64,000 bases of DNA from Strigamia acuminata. Lineage: Eukaryota. Positions 60,801-64,000 of the stretch are shown in pieces. The notes under the pieces were generated by a model. That model saw nothing but the letters and a program-made list of their open reading frames with translations, was not told the DNA's origin and searched no databases. The first letter of the stretch is position 1. Each line of letters begins with the position of its first letter. Location: contig OX442314.1 of NCBI GenBank assembly GCA_949358305.1, forward strand, positions 7,068,001 to 7,132,000. The letters are read 5' to 3'. The translations under genes and the position numbers were made by a program.

Positions 60801-63118
60801 GATTACGCTGGTTTATTTCAAGATTCATGTTCATTAAGTTTATTGCTTGCTTTTTCCGGAACGCAAACAATTTTCTATATTTTTTATTGGTTGTTTTGTC
60901 TGGACAGCATTCAAAATGTCAGCCAGTGTTTTGATCTATTCTTTGGTATCACTACACCAGTGGAAAGGTTCATGCAATGGGAAATAGGCCCAAGTTACAG
61001 TTGGCTAGAGAATAGTCATGGGCATAAGAAATAAAAAATACAATCACCAACAAACCTATAAATTCCCTCAACTATTATTAATATCTTCTTCCAAGGTCTG
61101 TGCGATCTTGATTCACCATCAACAATAGCTGTTCGTAACTTCAATTCAAGATTAGCCATATCTGAAAAACAACTAATTTATACACAAAACTGACCTCACA
61201 TTGATCTCATTAGAGCCACACAACTGTTGACAACCAAAGTTCCAACCACGAACCAAGTATAACACGGAAACATATCCCCGTGTTATTTCCTATTGATTCA
61301 TTGTTCCGTGCGCTGATTGGATGAAAGCAATAAAGTGTCTGGCATTGCTTGCCAACTAAGTATGTTTGTTACCTGTTGTCACCCCAGACTACAGTGCGGC
61401 TATATTGTTACGTGTACCAGGGGTGCGATACACATAACAATTCTTATTTTTTAATAAGTCACTTTATGGTTTGAAATGAATTTTTCACAGCGCGGTCCGG
61501 GCGCGTAACAATATATTATGTGGCGCCATCGGTGGCAAAACCGTGCGAACGTGTGGATCTGGATACGTGTCCATGTTATCTTTGGTTCATGTTCCAACTT
61601 ACCGTTGTGCTTGAACAATCGAGTGGTGGCACCCGACAAGCGGCATCCCAATATAAGCGACGCATGATTGAGTTCATCGCTTAAAATCAAACAGTCTTTC
61701 CCAACTAACGATGGAATGCAAGTGGAATTGGTGGCAAATCCCATTCCAAAAGTGATAGAATCTTCGACTCCCATAAATCTGGCCGTCAATTCATTTAGCT
61801 GGAGTTGGATGTCTAATGTACCTAAAAAAAAATTGAAAAAAAAGCAAAATTAAACTTATAATGAAATGGGTACATCATGTACCTAACTCGTGCGGTGAAC
61901 TGCACACTCCCACGCCATACCGATTAACGACCGATTCAACGGCATCCACGCACGATCCGCGGTTTTCAGCGAATCCTAAATAATTGTACGAAGCCATGTT
62001 CAGCATTTGACTTTTTCCTCCTGTGAACCTGTCATTGGTAATTTAAATATCACAACTATTACTAAACATGCACTCACACCAAGAATAAAAAATCCACATG
62101 TCTAGGCATAGGGTTTCAGTTTCGGGAAACCGGGGTACCAATTTCCCGAGAATCCCGGTGAGAAATCACGGTACCGGGAACCGGGAAATTGGAGAAAAAC
62201 CAGTTCCGTCAAAAATTCGTTGCTGAAACGTCATTTTCGTCATTGAAACGTTACATTTTGTAATGTTTCAATGATAAAAATAGACAATTTTTAACAAAAA
62301 ATTGCTAAAAATGGCTTAAAATGGCTATTTTTGACCAAAAACAGCCATTCTTGATCAAAAACGTCCATTTTTGACGGAAAATGGCCATTCTTGACGAAAA
62401 ACGGCCACTTTTGATGGAAAACGGGTATTTTTACCATGAAAATGGGTATTTTTACCATGAAAATGGCTATTTTTGACGAAAAACAGCCACTTTTGATGGA
62501 AAACAGCAGCAATTTTTACCATGAAAAATGGCTAAAAATGGCTATTTTTGACGAAAAACGGCCATATTTTGCCTTTTTTTCGCCTCTCGCCTGACCTTTT
62601 TTAGTCCCGGGAGTACCGGCCATTTTGGTACCGGGAACCAGGAATTTTAAAAAGGCGGGAAAACAGAAACCCTATCTAGGCAGCATGCAGCCAATAGACA
62701 ATCAACTGACCATACTGCGCACGGAATTGTGGGAAGCGACATTGGCAGTTATCTAGTTCTTTGGCAATTATCTAATTCACACAACTGGATTAGAATTATC
62801 TAGTTTAAAAATTTTTAAACTAGATAAATTTTGGACTAAATGCGTTTGCATTAAGAACTAGAACTAGATTTAATGATACGCTAGCCCAATTTTAGCTGCA
62901 TGCCATGGTTTATCAGGTTTTTGAAATCTAGTGTGTCTTTGTTTTCAATTTGGACCTCTATACCTGAAATTCCATCCATAATCAGAAGTTTCCCTGTCCA
63001 TGAGTGTCATTTCCACGCTAGGTGCACTACACGTAGGTCTGTTCCAGCAATCTCGGACTCTTCTGTATACATTGCGTGTGTAGAAGCTCTCAAAACTCTG
63101 GTACAGTGGAACAAAACC
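57861..63118 (-). CDS. SPTLC2: Serine palmitoyltransferase 2 paralog A (canonical), exons 2-9: 62964-63118, 61883-62028, 61603-61821, 61056-61161, 59475-59694, 58732-58994, 58023-58152, 57861-57956; exon 1 not found in window
   Basis: Canonical motifs [50 protein letters not shown] and VGFPATP. Introns are GT-AG. Confidence 0.93.
58194..58281 (-). tRNA. tRNA-Ile(TAT) with ~14-nt intron, inside intron 7 of SPT2 paralog A
   Basis: Acceptor stem TCCCCAG/CTGGGGA, anticodon arm CCGTA-CTTATA[intron]A-TGCGG, T arm GTGGG-TTCAAGC-CCTAC and a downstream TTTTT terminator. Confidence 0.75.
59052..59458. mobile_element. MITE (Harbinger-like termini) in SPT2-A intron 6
   Basis: TIR aagctaggttcacact/agtgtgaacctagctt. 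The equivalent intron in paralog B is only 57 bp. Confidence 0.75.
60215..60360. repeat. 20-bp minisatellite (aaaaaattaaaatttcaatg)n
   Basis: About 7 tandem copies, within a TA-CCGT-type MITE-like segment (~60087-60460). Confidence 0.9.
60607..61013. mobile_element. MITE
   Basis: TIR caactgtaacttgggcctatttcccattg/caatgggaaataggcccaagttacagttg. Confidence 0.75.
61247..61591. mobile_element. MITE (same family as 41546-41780)
   Basis: TIR gaaccaagtataacacgga/tccatgttatctttggttc. Confidence 0.72.
62109..62674. mobile_element. hAT-type MITE with internal ~20-bp tandem repeats
   Basis: TIR tagggtttcagttt/aaacagaaacccta with a perfect 8-bp TSD tctaggca. Confidence 0.88.
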
Positions 63119-64000
63119 CTACGAAAATATATGAATAACAATTATGTCACCAGAAAGAAGCAGGTCACAATCAAGGCCCAGATGTTGGATTACAAAACCA
63201 CCAATTAAAACAACACTTTTGGAGCGGCAACTCTTTGTCCAGAAATACGAAAGCAAACGACATTTTCGTATTTCCCGCCAAAATGGTCGATTTGCCACTG
63301 CACCATAAGAGCATCATCATTTCACAATCCACCCAACATAATAGACCGATACATTCATCCTTGTGGCAAGAATTGGAATTAATCATTTCAATTTCAGCAG
63401 CAAGCAGAGATTACAACAATTTTGATGACCACAATTATTTGGTTAGGATTTGGAAAGATTTTGATGATTATTATAATAAAAAAGTGGAAAATATTTTAAC
63501 TTTTGTCCAATTTTCGACAAAAAATTCAAAATTTTTATAAAACGTAAAGATTCAAATTTCGGAGATTCGGAACGGGATTCGAAAGTCCATGTCAGAGATT
63601 CATTCGAATGTCGTGCCCCCCTCACATCCTGAAACTACATTTCAACACCAGAGTGTCACCCGATACTTCACATACAGTCAAAACTCTTTATAACGAATCG
63701 CGATATAACAAATTATCCATATAACACTTTGTCCCGAACAAAATAATAGCATCACGTGGGAGCCGCTTAACGTGCTAACTTTCCAACCAGACCTTTCAAT
63801 CCCTCGTCCTTGATGGATCATCTTCAAATTATTCAAGACCTTCGCATCATTCTATGGAGACCGACTAATTAGAATAAGCTTCATCAGTGCCAATTTTCTC
63901 TTTATCAGCCACATGTGCCAGATTGAGGGAACACTCAATAGGTTAAGTAATTAATGATGCAAAACAAAAAAGGGCAACGAAATTACACAATCAAACTTCA

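Noticed and set aside
63120..64000. Search for exon 1 of SPT2 paralog A
   Set aside because: No frame resembling the FEE..-TM exon was found; it presumably lies beyond the window.

Overview
AT-rich eukaryotic genomic DNA, inferred to be invertebrate and probably arthropod. The host content is a minus-strand tandem array of three serine palmitoyltransferase 2 (SPTLC2/lace-like) paralogs. One is canonical (exons 2-9 at 57861-63118), one is complete but divergent (33990-38081), and one is a recent duplicate of the divergent copy (exons 1-2 at 13908-14297). An intron-containing tRNA-Ile(TAT) also lies here. About two thirds of the window is nested LTR retrotransposons, most with resolvable LTRs, PBS, PPT and TSDs. 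(i) A Mag-like Gypsy 'A' is split by a 9.8 kb non-autonomous element that has 1.9 kb LTRs, an orphan ORF and a tandem array of tRNA-Gln primer-binding sites. (ii) A defective Gypsy 'B' hosts a Copia with an MBD-like domain. That Copia hosts a 2.3 kb mini-LTR element encoding a coiled-coil/Gag-nucleocapsid chimera and sharing Gypsy A's leader. (iii) A young 12.6 kb Gypsy 'C' has AT-hooks before the integrase and a non-env accessory ORF with CxxCxGxG zinc-finger motifs, and sits in an AT-rich minisatellite. Many MITEs (piggyBac-, hAT- and Harbinger/mariner-like) are also present. All calls are by eye, with no database searches.
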